The notes under the pieces were generated by a model. That model saw nothing but the letters and a program-made list of their open reading frames with translations. It was not told where the DNA came from and made no database searches. DNA of 63,265 bases, counting the filler, from Licmophora abbreviata (Eukaryota): NCBI GenBank assembly GCA_900291995.1. It is 16 parts of 16 records of this genome, joined end to end, with 100 filler letters (N's around TTAATTAATTAA, not from the genome) between each part and the next. Parts side by side here need not be neighbours in the genome. Positions count along the whole stretch, not along the records: positions 1 to 8,882 come from OLMU01003000.1; positions 8,983 to 12,168 come from OLMU01003002.1; positions 12,269 to 13,816 come from OLMU01003004.1; positions 13,917 to 15,469 come from OLMU01003005.1; 12 more parts are not named here. One strand, 5' to 3'. This document shows, one piece after another, positions 1 through 15,345 of this stretch. Each line of letters starts with the position of its first letter. Position 1 is the first letter of the stretch. Both the position numbers and the translations under genes were made by a program.

Positions 1-1326
1 CAACAATAACTCTGAGGAAGAGAATAGGAAGAATGCAAGCGGACAGGATGGCGAGGACGACGTAGCCGAGGCCGAAACGAGCGACAAGGACATTACAGAG
101 AAGAACGGACCCATTGATGCAGGCAAAGAGCTTTCCAACGTAAACGAGAAGGGTCTAAAGGATATGGATAGAAAGACTCCGCCAGAGAAGACTGCACATG
201 TAAAAAAGACAAACGAGAAGACAAACGCGAAGCCCACAACGGCAACCGACGGAAAGCCGAAAGAAAACAAGAAAGCAACAGCAACAAATGAGGAGAATAA
301 GATGGTTTCTTTTCTCGCGGGCACATTTTTCGGGCGCAAACCGATGGTTGCACGCCGAACGATCGCAAAGGGCATGATGCCCTCTTTGTTTCTTCAAGAG
401 GCAGCGCATCTGATGAGCTTGTTGTCCGCTGTGGCGATGTCCACGCTTCGGAACGATTTGGAGCACGCCGAGAGCCCCTTGGCAATGTTTCATCCGAACG
501 CACCGTGGCCTTGTGTGGATCCTGACGCCTACTCTGCTGACGTGCGAAAAGATTGGGCACGGTCTACGCACGCTTCCTTCACTGTAGTCAAATATCTCTT
601 CGGAGCCTCGAGAAATGACAAGAGCCGCACCCTCTATAACGCGGGAAGGCCATTTCGAGTCGTTGGAGGCGTAAGCGATGCAGAAGTCCGTGCGCTCCAA
701 CTGGCGCGTGGTCCATTAGCCAAAGTGGCTCTATGTAGCATGTGGTGGCAGGAATTCATCAGTCGCGAGTACATGGCCGGTAGTACAGGAAAGGTTGCGC
801 CTCCCATACTTAGTCGGCTGTATCAGTTCACGAGCGACGGGATGTTGGGTTACAACCAAGCTCGAAAGGTTGCCTACGTGTGCTTTCCATTTCCGCACAG
901 TCAAATCACCTCTCTGTATATACTCGTTGTGATTGTATTGATTCCGACGCTCATGTTGAGCTACGTAGAAGAAGAAGTTTACGGTGCGATTCTAAACTTC
1001 CTTACGGTGCTTTGCTTTGCTGGGTTCAACGAAGTTGCGCGAGAGGTAAGAGTGTGCAATTCTATATGCTGGGCAACCTGTCAACAGCACTTTCTCTTTC
1101 TAACACAGTTCTCATTTCATCTGCCGATACAGCTCGAGAATCCTTCATCAATGTACCAAACGACATTCCACTCAACAACTTTCATGCCCAGTTCAACGAG
1201 GCACTCATGACAATGTACTCTGGGTATCACCCCGAGTCGTTCTGGGAGATTGAAGGGGAGAAAATCGTGACTGTCAAGGCGGAGGAAGGTGTATCACCGG
1301 CGGAAACAGCATTCGTAGTAAAGTAA
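1..1326 (+). CDS. Bestrophin/UPF0187-type anion channel, 5'-truncated; intron 1046-1132; probable 1-nt frameshift ~1142-1145
   Basis: FPFPHSQ, then TM helices, then E-LENP(F)INVPNDIPL, the typical bestrophin-2 C-terminal motifs. GTAAG...CAG intron. LENP and FINVPNDIPL lie in different frames. Confidence 0.75.
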
Positions 1327-1912
1327 AAGGGTAGACAAAGAGGTCCATTGACCTGACACAATAGGTGCCGTAGTCAGTGGCATTGACTTCTCTGCCACTG
1401 TGAGCATGAGTCGAAAGGAACTGGATTCTATGTCGCACAATCCGTGATCCACGAGCAACGCGACACCGCTGCACCGGTATATCGGCGTTTCCAGGGCTTT
1501 GCATATTCGCTCCGACGTGACAATGCGCATACTTTCAAAGTATCCACGATGTTCTATCTCCGACGATCCAGCATGGAACGACGGCTTCTCGCCTGTGGTC
1601 GCACCGGAATTCATAACTTTATTTGCTATTCCGGACGAGAGCGATGCTAGGCGACGATGATGAGGTTGTTATTATCGTTGGAAGCAGTCTACATTGCAGC
1701 TGATGTCGTAAAACTCGCGAATGCGCTCCTTTGACCTTGGCTGCGGCGGCGACAAGCCTTCATAACGTCATACTCGCATGGATCAGCACGGAACACTGCA
1801 CCACACATCTTCCGCCGACAAGAACACGACGCACGAGAGCATCGGCCCATACTGGAGGCGCTATTCTTTTTACCAGTTTTCTGGTAGAAGTACTATTGTG
1901 CTCCTTTGTCTA

Positions 1913-3187
1913 TTAGAGCGCGACGATTGCATTGTTCCTCAAATCCTTGACAGACGAGTCAAACCGTGCAATGAACAGGCATATCTTGTTGTAAATATTG
2001 AGATACCACGGCAAGTTCCTTGCAATATCAACAAATAAGACGACTCGTTCCGTATCTCCTCCATTGGTCGCATCGTGCAAGTAGGTATCATCAAACATGA
2101 CGCCCTTCCCCTCCTCCCAATAATAGCGTTTACCCTTGTCAATGTACTGTTCGGTATCCGCGCCCTTTTTGTGGTGATAAATCAATTCCCAATTCTCCGG
2201 CGTTTGAGGAAAGTTCTGGTTGATGCGCAAAAAACAGTTGTGATCGGCATTGTTCTTGGGAATAATCAAGGCCAATTGATATCGAAGGTATCCCTCTACC
2301 ATCATAGAGAAACAAAAGCAAGCACGCACGTACGTAAGAAGTAGCGTTGGTGAGTGATGACATGTTGTTGCAACCAATCCATTCGTCTGTCGACACACAT
2401 ATAAACACACAGAGAGAGAGACGCACTGTAATAACCCCAGTGAGGGATAAGCTTCTGATGCGGATCCATAATGGAAAGAAAGACAGCTAGAATGGCGGAT
2501 CAGAAAGTAGGAGGTCAGCGAGACAAGGCCAGTCGTCGTGTCGACACAAAATCAGCACAGTCGTCGCACACGAAGAGTCCACAACAAGAAGTGCGACTTA
2601 CTGTAGACGTTGGGTACTTGCGAGAGGAGTTCTACAGTCTTGGGCGCCAAATGTGTATTTTCTTCAATGTCGGTAAAGAGTTTCAACCAGAGCGTCTTCC
2701 ACTTGACTTTACTGTTGTAGATGCTCTTCAAGTTTTGCACGTCCGTGACTTGATGCTTGCGCGTGTTCAAGATATTCTCCACCTCGTCCCGCATGACCAT
2801 CCAGTTGTCTTCGAGAATCTTCAAGTCGGGGTAGTCGTCGAGGTAGTCCGTTTCGAAAGGAGCAGCCTTCTTGGCCAGTCCCCAAACTTCGGCCTTCTCA
2901 AAGACCCCGTCGACAATTTCTTTGAAGAACTCCTTGGCATCAAAGCCCAAGCCAAACAAGAGAACCGCAGTCAGGATGACGCACACCAACAAGGCCATGG
3001 CAAGGAGTCGATTGCGGGAGATGCCCTTGAGAAGCGCCTTCTTCTTGCCATCGCCGTCCTTGAGCACGAGACTGTAAGTAGGAGTGCCAGTAGCGGTGAG
3101 AGGGAGCACGGACTTCTGTACGTTCCCGCTGTTCTTTCCGACGCGAGACGAAGGCCTCTGTCGCATCCATTCACTCGTCGTCCTCAT
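1913..3187 (-). CDS. Aspartyl/asparaginyl beta-hydroxylase family Fe/2OG dioxygenase with N-terminal TM anchor (exons 2602-3187, 2427-2486, 1913-2295)
   Basis: Spliced product reads FLSIMDPHQKLIPHWGYYKGYLRYQLALIIP...WEEGKGVMFDDTYLHDA...RVVLFVD. Two canonical GT-AG introns restore the frame. Confidence 0.8.
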
Positions 3188-3581
3188 CGTTCTCTGTTTC
3201 TTCAATCGATCGAACAGCAGACTACAAACAGACCTGCACAAATGGAATGCAATGACGATGACGATGACTACAAAAAACAAAAGCATCAGCATGTCACGAA
3301 TGGCATTCCAAACCTCATTCAAATCATGGCCGCGCGCGCCGTGCCAGAAACAGACACATTCAGAACACTCATGCTCCATGATTCGATTCGATTCATTCCA
3401 ATAACCATTGACCGCGCGCCTATGTCGCGCGACATCACCGAAGATGCGAAGATGACATCATCACACACGACGCGATGAGACCTCATCAACCCATCACAGA
3501 TCAGCACACCAAACTCCATCATCCATTCGACTTCAATAAAGGCCGCCGGCGTGTACAGCAGTAGCGTCGTCGTCAAGCTTG

Positions 3582-5610
3582 ATGGAGGAAGTTCATCGCT
3601 TGTTACTAAAGCGGAATGCTGTAGAGACGACGCCGTTTCTATTGGTCCATGCGGCGAACGCGACACTGCTGAATCAGGTCGACGCGCTCCAGGCCAAGTG
3701 CGACTCGCTGGAGCGTGAATGTGCCGATCAGAAGCAGCAGCTCGACGAGGGAACTTTCGCATCGTCGGGATCTGGAAACAACAGGGCTGCTACGGCAGCG
3801 CTTAAGAGTGAAGCGAGGCTGCGAGAAAAGGTCGAAAAGCTGCAGGGAGAGCTCAATGAGAAGCTACGACTGCATTCCCAAGATTCCGAATCAGCGCTCA
3901 AGACAGCGAAGGAATTAGCGGACCTCAAAGACAGGACGGCGGCACAGGAAGCAACGATTGACAATTTGAACGACGGAAATCAAAAATCCGAACAAACCAT
4001 CGAGCGACTGACAAATGAACTGCAAGAAGCCGAATCGAGAACCAAGCTAGCGGAGAAGCAGTACACTGGGTTGAAGGAGACGATTCGAACTCTGCAGGAC
4101 GAAAACGACTCGTTGAAGCGAGAAAATCAAACCATGATTGGGAGATTAGTCGACGATAAGGAGAAGACATCTGACGAAGTCAACGTGCTCAATGAAATGG
4201 TCGAGAAATTAAAGAAAGAGGTCGACATGCTCCGCAGTCTCAAAGTACAGGAAGAGAAGCGTCGGAAATGGTTCGGCAAGGCCGCCATCAAGGATGGAAC
4301 CGAAGCTGGATCACAGGAGGAGGAGGAGAAGAAGAAGAAAGGTGCTAGTACACGTCGATTTGGTTCCATGGGAGCTGTAGTTCCGTCGGGGCCCAAACAC
4401 AGTGTCAAAGCACATTCGTCAGAGGCGCCATGCGTGAGGTACGAAGTACGAACTGATGGATCCGTCTAGATAGCGTTCGGTTTGCCGTTCGCCCGTCATT
4501 CAGTCCTCCTTCCTTTACATTCACTACTCATACAGATATGACAACTCAGGAGCTGATTTGGTTGCGACTTGTAGTAGCGACAATACCGTCAAGGTGTGGG
4601 AGACGAACAGCGGCACGTGCAAGGCGACGTTTCGAGGCGGAAGCGGACATGTCATGACATGCTGTGACCTTGGAGGCGGTGCCGCCGTGGGGGGTAGTAG
4701 CGACAAGACATGTCGTGTCTGGAACCTGCGAACGGATCGAATGGTATGAATTCTCTTGGGGTGCTTGAGGTCCGATATCTTCGGTACGTCGCTACGTTCT
4801 AACAGACAAATGTTGTCCAACTTCCGCACGCACACACAGATTCATCATTTGGTAGGTCATTCTAGCAAGGTAACATGCGTTCGTCTCTTTGAAGGAGAAA
4901 AGGCAGTGCTGACTGCATCGGCCGATCGCTCCATGAAGGTATGGGACATTCATCGCAGCACATATCGACAGACTACTACTCTCCGGCACAGCTCGACCGC
5001 TTACAGTATGGACGTCGCCTCCGACGGCGTTACCACCGTTTCAGGTCACATGGACGGGGGCATACGATTCTGGGATGTTCGAACAGGGGAACGAACGGCT
5101 GATATATCGGGATTGCACGAAGGCGGTATCACGTCCGTCCAGTTCCATCCGAAGATTGGCACGCAAGTACTCACGAACGGCAAAGACTCGTGTTTGAAGG
5201 TAGTTGACATTCGTACATGCATGGCGCTCCACACTCTGTCGCATCCGGAGTTTCGCACTGGCTACTCGTGGTCGGCTGCAGCCTTTAGCCCCGACGGTAG
5301 GTCCCAACCTCGCCTTTTTGTGTTCCGACGTTGCCATGGACTATCTACCGTCGCAGTTTTTTGTTAGTTCGCCACTTCTCACAGCCCCCCCCCGTTTCTG
5401 TGCATATACTAATGAACAGGCGCCTATGCTGCATCTGGATCGAGCATGCCAGGCGACGTGTTTGTATGGCGTGTGATGGATGGCAAGCTCGAACAGAGAC
5501 TGGGAGGCCACACGGCAGGCGTGGCGGGAGTCGCATGGGGTCGAGGGGGTAGCTCCGGTCAGCAAGTAGCCTCGGTCGATAAGAGCGGGACGCTGATACT
5601 ATGGGCATAA
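3582..5610 (+). CDS. ATG16L: ATG16L-like autophagy protein (N-terminal helix, coiled coil, WD40 repeats); introns ~4439-4535, ~4744-4839, ~5297-5420
   Basis: N-terminal 'EVHRLLLKRNAVETTPF' ATG5-binding-like helix, long coiled coil, then WD repeats (DNTVKVWE, DKTCRVWN, DRSMKVWD, DGGIRFWD) ending in ILWA*. Confidence 0.75.
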
Positions 5611-5740
5611 CGACGGAGTCACGTACCGTGCACGACTGTAACACTTAAATCTTAAAATAGGCGATCGGAATGAGTTTGTAAAACAGCAATCTACTACATG
5701 TAACGATCTTCAAGCTCTCGTCAACTAAACGTGCACGTAG

Positions 5741-6333
5741 TTAGGCCAATGTGAGACCTACGGCAGTACCCATGGCCTTGCAGACTTCCATTTCAATCAT
5801 GGCTTCAGCTTCAGCGACCGATCCATTTTCGGCAGATGCAGCAGCCGACTTGGCCTTGTCGAAACTGGCTGAAACGGCGGAACCATCGATATCGTCGACT
5901 TTGACGGCCTCCGGGCATGAAATGTCCTGCAATAGAGAAATTGAAAGAGCATACACCATTAGAACAAAACTTCCCAAAGATAGAAATATAGTACATCATT
6001 TCTGTATTCCAGCATGCCAGGACGCACCGTCACACTGTCCTCATGCGTCAAGGCGAATCCTCCGCTGACAAAGTACTTTTCGGCTTCTCCTTCTTGAAAC
6101 ATGATCTGCAAGACGCCTGGCTTGAGCGTAGACACGATAGGAACGTGATTTACGGTGATTCCGTACTCTCCCGACTCTCCGGGAATGATGACTTGCTCCA
6201 CTGCCGCGTCGGCGTAGACCGTCTCGTGTGGCAGCGAGAAATTCAGTTTCATGGACGTCGCTGCTGCTACTTCTGTACTCATGTATCGTGCTGCCGTTCG
6301 GCGCACCAGAGTGGTAGATACTCGATACAACAT
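5741..6333 (-). CDS. ATP16: Mitochondrial F1 ATP synthase delta subunit (exons 6028-6333, 5741-5926)
   Basis: LNFSLPHE...VIIPGESGEYGITVNHVPIVSTLKPGVL...YFVSGGFA; Arg/Ser-rich presequence; GT-AG intron 5927-6027. Confidence 0.9.
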
Positions 6334-6430
6334 GGTCAAACGAAGAGAAACGAGACGACTGCCGACGCCGCAACCACACACCGCCAATTGGATCGCCTCT
6401 TCGTGTAGAACTCTACTCCCCTTGTACGTG

Positions 6431-6438
6431 TGACGTCA
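6431..6438. promoter_or_regulatory. TGACGTCA (CRE/bZIP-type) palindrome in the bidirectional ATP16/ATP2 promoter
   Basis: Perfect palindrome with further ACGT cores nearby (~6426, ~6463, ~6500) in a 246-bp divergent intergenic region. Confidence 0.35.
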
Positions 6439-6579
6439 GTGTACTATTTGTACTGCTATTTCACGTAGGACTCTACAGAGGGGAAGATCCTTTGGCTCCA
6501 CGTACGACCCCGTAGATTTTGTACGAGCTCTGACCTTTCATCACTTTCGGCCTTCGTGTTGCTGTATCCTCCGCCGACC

Positions 6580-8386
<1,807 letters not shown>

Positions 8387-8570
8387 ATATCGGCAGTAGT
8401 CTACTACTTGTCGTGTTGCTTCTGCGCAAGAGCATCGCAACGGACGTGTCTTTTGTGGGCTCTACCATAAGTCTAAGAATAAATTGGAATCTAGTTTGAC
8501 TGGGGCCGTTATGTACCGAGCTGACTGATGTAACAAGCACATGCTCCCTGGATCGAGCAGACGGCGCTCT

Positions 8571-8605
8571 GCGACAGTCGTTGATGTTGCGACAGTCGTT
8601 GATGT
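8571..8605. repeat. Short tandem duplication (GCGACAGTCGTTGATGT x2, 18-nt period)
   Basis: Read directly, downstream of ATP2. Confidence 0.8.
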
Positions 8606-8882
8606 AGAAGGACGGAAGCTGGAATGTCCGGACTACTCGGGCAATTCCTGTGGAGACTGAAAGCTCATGCCTGCCTCTTATAAGTTTCCTTTTGAAAATC
8701 TTCACCTTTTTGCCACCCTCGTAAATGACTGACTCTATAGTTTAGCTGTGACATGACACTTATTATACTTCTACTTCGTACGAGATTTTGCTATAATCCG
8801 ACAAGGCAACTTCAAACTCTATTTCGTCCTTCCGATTGGCTGTTTTCCTTGTTACCTGTAGAGGATAGGCACAATCGAGTCG

Positions 8883-8982
8883 NNNNNNNNNNNNNNNNNN
8901 NNNNNNNNNNNNNNNNNNNNNNNNNNTTAATTAATTAANNNNNNNNNNNNNNNNNNNNNNNNNNNNNNNNNNNNNNNNNNNN
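8883..8982. other. Artificial assembly linker (44N-TTAATTAATTAA-44N), first of 15
   Basis: Identical 100-nt spacers also start at 12169, 13817, 15470, 28509, 30060, 31419, 37771, 43595, 46724, 49143, 54498, 56464, 59228 and 60695. The core gives stop codons in all six frames. Confidence 0.98.
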
Positions 8983-10049
8983 ATACATTCGGCGCAGCAC
9001 ATGAGCAATCCGTCATCGCTCTCTCGTGCCTGACGGGCCATCTCCCGTAATGCCTGAATGATGGCCACAATCAAACTGCCGAAACAGATACTACCAAACG
9101 ACCAAGTGACACTTCGTACAAAGGAATCTCGAACGGCCGACGAACAGCATGAGTTGGCTTCCATGGGTGCGAACCACCAAGTACCAATGGTACCCGCGAC
9201 CGTGACATGGATGGTATTCTTAATAACTTGCACGACCCAGTAGTACGATACCAACAACAAGAAGACAATCAAAGCGTTGGGTTCCGATTCGCATTCGCCA
9301 TTAGCATTGCATCCATTGGCGACAAACATACTACTGACAGCTGCGACACTCCACCAAAGACTCCATCCTAGCGTGACGATCAAACTGGAGTACGCAAAGA
9401 AGGTCAATCCAAAGTTGGCACGGACACCTGAGATGGCCGTGCGCATGTTGCTAGCCGCAAAGGGGATACGACCCCACACTAGACGCGCGTACCAAGCCGT
9501 AAGTCCTGCAAAGACTAGGAACATGAGCGCTCCACCCATGGCCCCTCCCAGCAAAGACATTAGTGCCAGTAGTCCGTATAGAATGACATTGCCGATCAAA
9601 GCAAACTTAATGACGCCCTCGGCAAATTTCATGAGAAAACTCAGCGCGAGTGTCGAGAGCACGAATCCGACGGCAAAGCATACCGAGATAATAATGAGAA
9701 CACCCGCCATGTCGACTGAGTAATCTTGGTTGCCGTTGTTGTCTTCTTGCAAGTCACGACGACCCCTTCCTCCTCCTCCACCACCACCGTAGTCTGCCAT
9801 TTCGTTCGCCATCGCCGGAGCATAGGCAGCCGTGAGCCAGGCGATGCCGCCCAAATGAGCGTAAAACAAGATTGCAAACAAGACGTCGTTGCATCGCTTC
9901 GGCTGTGATTCACCCTTTTCGAAGTGATCTTGCTGAGGCTGATTGCTCTGTTGATTGTGATGATGCAGATGGCTCACGTCGACGCCTTGGACGACGACCG
10001 GCGCGCCTGCCTGCTGGTTCGCGCTGTAATACGGCTGCGACGATGCCAT
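8983..10049 (-). CDS. Choline transporter-like (CTL/SLC44/PNS1) membrane protein, 3' end lost in gap
   Basis: CNDVLFAILF, RIPFAAS, HVTVAGTIGTWWF and SFGSICFGSLIVA motifs; multiple TM helices. Confidence 0.88.
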
Positions 10050-10545
10050 GGTGCCCTCGATGACTGGTTGAAACGCTCCGTAGCACCACAAGAGCAGACG
10101 CGCTTACTTTTCTCAACCTGTCAAAGTCAGATGCGACGTAGGTTCAAGGAGAAGTCAGAAGAGCCGTCGCAAATGCCATGGTGTGATGGTCGCGCCGTCG
10201 CGCAAAAGATGAAACTTTCAGCGATATACGTACGTAGTATGACCATATTTCTGTTTAAGAGAGTCTGAATATCACTTATCCCTTTGTAACGGAGAATGAA
10301 ATATCATTCGGAACTCTAACTCGAGGTTTGAGGCTCGGTCTTCGGTACTACGAATCCGTAGTATCTTTGTCAGAAGCTCGAATCTTTCCTGCCAAAATTG
10401 GAGACGCGAAAGTTGAAGAGAAATGTCATGTCGGACGCGACCATGCAGACACAGACGGTGACGCGATCACGCCGCCATTCCTTTTAGAGCTGTTCTCCAC
10501 TCCTTCACACTGCATCAAACAACTGCAACGAAACTCAGTATCGTC

Positions 10546-11313
10546 ATGATGAGTAACTCTGCTGGGAATACGAAACGGTCGAACGGAAGCGACAAGCGTC
10601 AGGACGAGAGGAACATCACTTCGCACGCCGAGGCTGCAGCTGCCAACAGTGCAACCGTGAATTGGTTTGATGTTCTCCCTTCGAATCGAATACATGCCCA
10701 GCTGCAACGGGACGAAGGAGTGGGGCGTCTATCCAAACAGGCATCGCGATTCATTGGTAAGGAAACGAAAACAAGCCATGGCCACAATTTTGTTGCACGT
10801 CGAGGCCGAGAACGTTCTTGGATCGCAGAGGAGTAGCTGCATGCCTGGCTGTATGTATCGACTCATCAGACGAATCTCGTTTTGTCCTACACAGGAGCCT
10901 CCTCGGCACTGTTTCTTCAAGACCTGTTGCAGGCTTCGATCGATGCACGCGACGAAACGAGTGGCGGTGATGACGAGAATGCTACAGTGCATACAGGTAC
11001 AACCAACAACAGCAGAATCACGTTGGAACACGTTCGGACAGCGGCTTCGAGGTATCCCTTTTTAGAAGGAGTTTTATCTACCTTGACGGAAGAAGGGGCC
11101 CCTAAAGTAAAACGACACAAGTCGACGACCGAGAGTACAAATAGCAACTGTGAAAAGGATACCTCGAAAAAGCCAGCGACAAGGAAGCGAAAGTCCAATC
11201 CAAGCGTGAAGGAAGCAAAGCAGACGATGGAGGCTGTAGCACCATCGATCGCCGCAGAGCTGGCACATGACAGCACTATGCAGATTGAACAAGATGAGGA
11301 TGAGTACGATTGA
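10546..11313 (+). CDS. Histone-fold protein, NC2-alpha/DRAP1 (NF-YC/DPB3-like) family; intron 10757-10894
   Basis: Spliced LPSNRIHAQLQRDEGVGRLSKQASRFIGASSALFLQDLL...ITLEHVR...YPFL resembles the H2A-type fold 'P.RIK.IMQ.DE.VG+'. Basic/acidic tail. Confidence 0.6.
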
Positions 11314-11958
11314 GTTATCATTCAAAATGGAAATATGATGCTTTGTTTTGGCTTTGCAGCGCATGCTGACTCCATGAAGGCCTCTCGTCGCACATGTATG
11401 AGGGTTGCATTTTATCACATGTTTCGTCTCTTGTGGAGTCGCTGTTCACTTGACACTATGAGTGACGATTTCCATCCTCCTGCACCCACTAGTCGCCGAT
11501 CGAGCACTCAAAGATGCGACCCTGCGCTGGTGGTCATTTCGTCGATCATCTTTTTAAAGACGGCTCTCGTCCCTGAGAGAAGTAAACAGAGATCAGGCCG
11601 TAGATATTCTAATGTCATAATGCTTTGTGAACTCTACGACGTATCTACTCATCATACCGGCTAGCATTCAGACTGTGGGTACCGGCATGGAGAGACGAGC
11701 TACGAGCCCAGTTGCCAAGAGATGAGGTATTTCGATATTCCACGTGGAGCGCGTGGACTCATCTGCAGACCTGACGTTCTTTTTGTCTGATGCCTGATGC
11801 CATGTTGAATTCGATGACAGCTCATTGTGATCACCAAGAACCGGGATGTCCTGTGTCTACTGCCTATGAATAAGCGAGAGTTGAGCGTCTAAACTCGTCT
11901 TCAGCCTTGTTTCCGGCGTATTTCTGATCTTGTTCACAGAGCGAATTAAATCAAAACT

Positions 11959-13609
11959 ATGCGAGTCATAGCCGGGGCTCTACTCCTTCATGTAGCGACA
12001 GCTTTCACTGCTCTGACGTCGCGCAGCCATCGTAACGCGTCGCTGCGCGAGATCGGGAACAGACCAAGCGCAGATTGTTCGTCCACGAGAAGACGATTTG
12101 CCTTGTCTGTGGAGCCAGAGACGGATCACAATGCTGCGAGAGAGGAAGAGGAAGAACCCGAGTCCAAANNNNNNNNNNNNNNNNNNNNNNNNNNNNNNNN
12201 NNNNNNNNNNNNTTAATTAATTAANNNNNNNNNNNNNNNNNNNNNNNNNNNNNNNNNNNNNNNNNNNNCTGTGACCGAAGAGTCGATCCAGAAAGCAGAG
12301 TCGGGTTTACCCCGAAAAACAAGTAACAGTCGAGATTGAAGAGACAGAGGAGATTCGACAAGAACGCGCTCGATTAGAAAAGCTCAAGAAGGAGTTATTT
12401 GAGATGGAGGTCGAACACACGGCTCTATTAAACACCGGTACGTTCACGGGACTCGCACACATGCTGACAGAAGGCACGCATGTAGAGCTGCGCTTAACAC
12501 CCTTTTAATTTCGTGTCGCAGCACTTCGGGCGGGACAAGCAGTGGCGAATATCAACATGGCGACGTTGCGTCCAAAATTGCGAGCAAAAATTCAGGAATC
12601 CTCATCGAAGCTAGAGCAGAAGAAAGAGGAATTGTCATATCAGTCACTGAACTTTGAGCTTGAGCGTATCTATACTTACCTCGCGGGCGAGTTGCTCGGA
12701 AATCCTAAGTTCTCAGCCAAAGGATACATCCCTTTGCAGGATAGGCTCAACGTTGCCGAGTATGGACTTTTAGAATCGCAGATCGACAGTTTCAATCGGC
12801 AACTGGAAAATGGTGACTTCGTGGATGCGGATGTTCTTGCGGTGGTGGTGGAGCAGGTGACAGACTTCAAACGACGACTGGGTATCGACTACTTGGTAGC
12901 CGGTTTTACGTTCGACCGAGAAGCGATCCAGCGATGGCTTGCCGATCTATTGGTTAAAACAAGAAGTGGAATTGCGTTCTATGTGAAGGGTTGCGAACTC
13001 TTTTGGAACGACCTTGTATTTGCACTGAGTCTAGTTGGGCGGGCACTGCAAGGCTACACATTAAAACCGCGAGAAGTGCGCAATCTGCGGTAAGCCTGGC
13101 AAGAAAACCACACGATCGTGCTTCCGTAACTCTTCTACTATGACTTACCCATGTAATTTCTTATTTGTTTTCTTCTAGGAGAACTTTCAAGGACATTGTT
13201 ACGTTCATCCCCGTGGTTGTCATTCTATTGATTCCTTTATCACCAGTCGGTCATGTTCTAGTATTCGGAGCAATCCAGAGATTTTTCCCTGATTTCTTTC
13301 CAAGTTGTTTTACGGAAAGTCGACAGAACCTACTACAGCTTTACGAAAGTACGGAGTACTCTGATGTCACCATCAATGAAACCTGGACGGTAAGAGACGA
13401 GTTGTGGCTTGCGCTGATGCTTGGGCAAGGACCATTCTGACGCATTCCTTGTGTCCCCCACTCTACGTGACCAGGAAAAAGTGGCGAGATTATCAAAAGC
13501 TGCCGGATTTTTCATGATGAACATGGGGCGCGACGCAGTGGGAAAGGTCAGTAACAGTATCATTAATAAAGAGAAAAGCGATTCAAAATCAGACGGCGAG
13601 GATCGATGA
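11959..13609 (+). CDS. Plastid-targeted LETM1-like domain protein (spans linker 12169-12268; several introns; probable frameshift ~12310-12313)
   Basis: N-terminus MRVIAGALLLHVATAF (signal + ASAF-like motif). C-terminal LKPREVRNLRRTFKDIVTFIPVVVILLIP...FPDFFPSCF resembles the LETM1 core. Joining across the gap is inferred. Confidence 0.6.
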
Positions 13610-14356
13610 CGACGCGAAGGGAGGGCATCATACCTGTACGTTATAAGCTAGTAAAAAGAACCGAATGAGGTTGTTTTGACTCTGTAAGCCAACCTACGAT
13701 CGGCTATTACCCACGTGGGGTAGAAGTCGTTTAGTATACTTGCAACGTAATAGGGCTACCAAGAGGATATGCGCGCACTGATACATTGAGACCCGCAGAG
13801 CTCGCCGAATGTCTCTNNNNNNNNNNNNNNNNNNNNNNNNNNNNNNNNNNNNNNNNNNNNTTAATTAATTAANNNNNNNNNNNNNNNNNNNNNNNNNNNN
13901 NNNNNNNNNNNNNNNNGTAGGCAATTGGTTGCTGCTCATCCACAAGATGTCACTTGCGTTCCGCGTCTGCCTCCTTTATGTCGGTGCGTACCAGGTAATA
14001 ACAGTAGTTGATGTTGCATGATGGACCGAATTGAGAACTAACTAACTGGATCGACTGACTCGACTTACCTGGTACATACTCGCCTATAACAGAGGTCACG
14101 CTTGCGAAATGACCCTTCGGGGAAGTCATTGGTGTGATAAATCATTCCGTGACCTTGACGGAGAATCACATAAATCAAAGCGGTAGAGCAATAAGTAGTC
14201 TCGACATAAATGCCAGCCTAGCGGCATATATCTTGTGTACAACTCTTTTTTGGATCATATGCCGATCGATAGCCTGTTGGTCCTTTGTAAATCCCAAAAC
14301 AACACAGCGACCGGGAAAGGGCACTTTATCCACAATCGTAACGAGGACAACCCTTC

Positions 14357-15055
14357 ATGATGAGCATCGTAAACGAAAGAGACTTCCAGGTCGCTGTAGA
14401 GCTCAATAATATTGGGACCGAGCTCATGGACGCAGGAGCGTTCTACGATGCTATGGACGTCATGAAACAAGCCATCTCTACCATGAAACGTGTCGTGCAA
14501 CCTGAGTGCGGAGACGACGCTCTTTTAGCACATGCGCCTACAGTCCAAGACACGCACCTCCAAGAAGCCAGAGCTACTCTTCACACAGTCCGCCACTTTA
14601 CCTCTGAATGGGCTCATACCGTCCAAAAACACTCGTTCAGTACACCGATCCCCATCGAGGCAGCTCACGCCTTTTCAACATACGACGAAAGCCCGGACGT
14701 ACCGTCGGCGATCATGCTATACAATTATGGACTTGTACACAAAGAATATAGTCAACGAACTCGGTCTGGTGCTTCTAGTCTCATGAACGGTGCCTTGAAG
14801 CTGTTCCAAATGGCGTATACCGTACTAACTGAACACAAACCCATGGGCTTCGTAAACTACAATGAGATGAATGAGACTACTCTCATGTTGACATACTTTG
14901 TTGTGAACAACTTGCTACTGATTCAGCAACAAATGGGGAATCATGCTGAAGCTCATAGTGCACTCCAAATACTGTCGCGCCTGGGGATGGCCGTCATGAT
15001 CCAGGAGCAAAGAGTCGATCATGACAGCTTCAGAGCAGCGGCACCGGCTGCATAA
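14357..15055 (+). CDS. Hypothetical helical-repeat protein of a diatom-expanded family
   Basis: AVELNNIGTELM, SAIMLYNYGL and a C-terminal AAAPAA* pattern, recalled as typical of a large diatom-specific family. Intronless 232-aa ORF. Confidence 0.6.
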   Translation: MMSIVNERDFQVAVELNNIGTELMDAGAFYDAMDVMKQAISTMKRVVQPECGDDALLAHAPTVQDTHLQEARATLHTVRHFTSEWAHTVQKHSFSTPIPIEAAHAFSTYDESPDVPSAIMLYNYGLVHKEYSQRTRSGASSLMNGALKLFQMAYTVLTEHKPMGFVNYNEMNETTLMLTYFVVNNLLLIQQQMGNHAEAHSALQILSRLGMAVMIQEQRVDHDSFRAAAPAA

Positions 15056-15345
15056 AATTAGACAAACAATCCTCTAGCCATTGCTGTGATTCGCGTTCTA
15101 GTAGTAGCAACAGTAAAGGTCGGCACGATGGTTGGAGCTGGGACTGTGTTTTTTGGTAGTCTTGTAGACCAATAGATTAGCGTCAGTGGAATAGTCTTAT
15201 CCACTTCCAGAGGTTCGTCGACATGGCCATCTAGTTACGGGAAATTGCTGCTGCTGCCGGCACCATACCTGCACCACGGACCAGCCACTTAGAGCAACTA
15301 CTTAATCGCACCTCCGACACTTTGTATATGAGTGGACCTCCTCTT

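Noticed and set aside
2471..3478. 335-aa plus-strand ORF
   Set aside because: Antisense to the spliced hydroxylase gene; no motifs.
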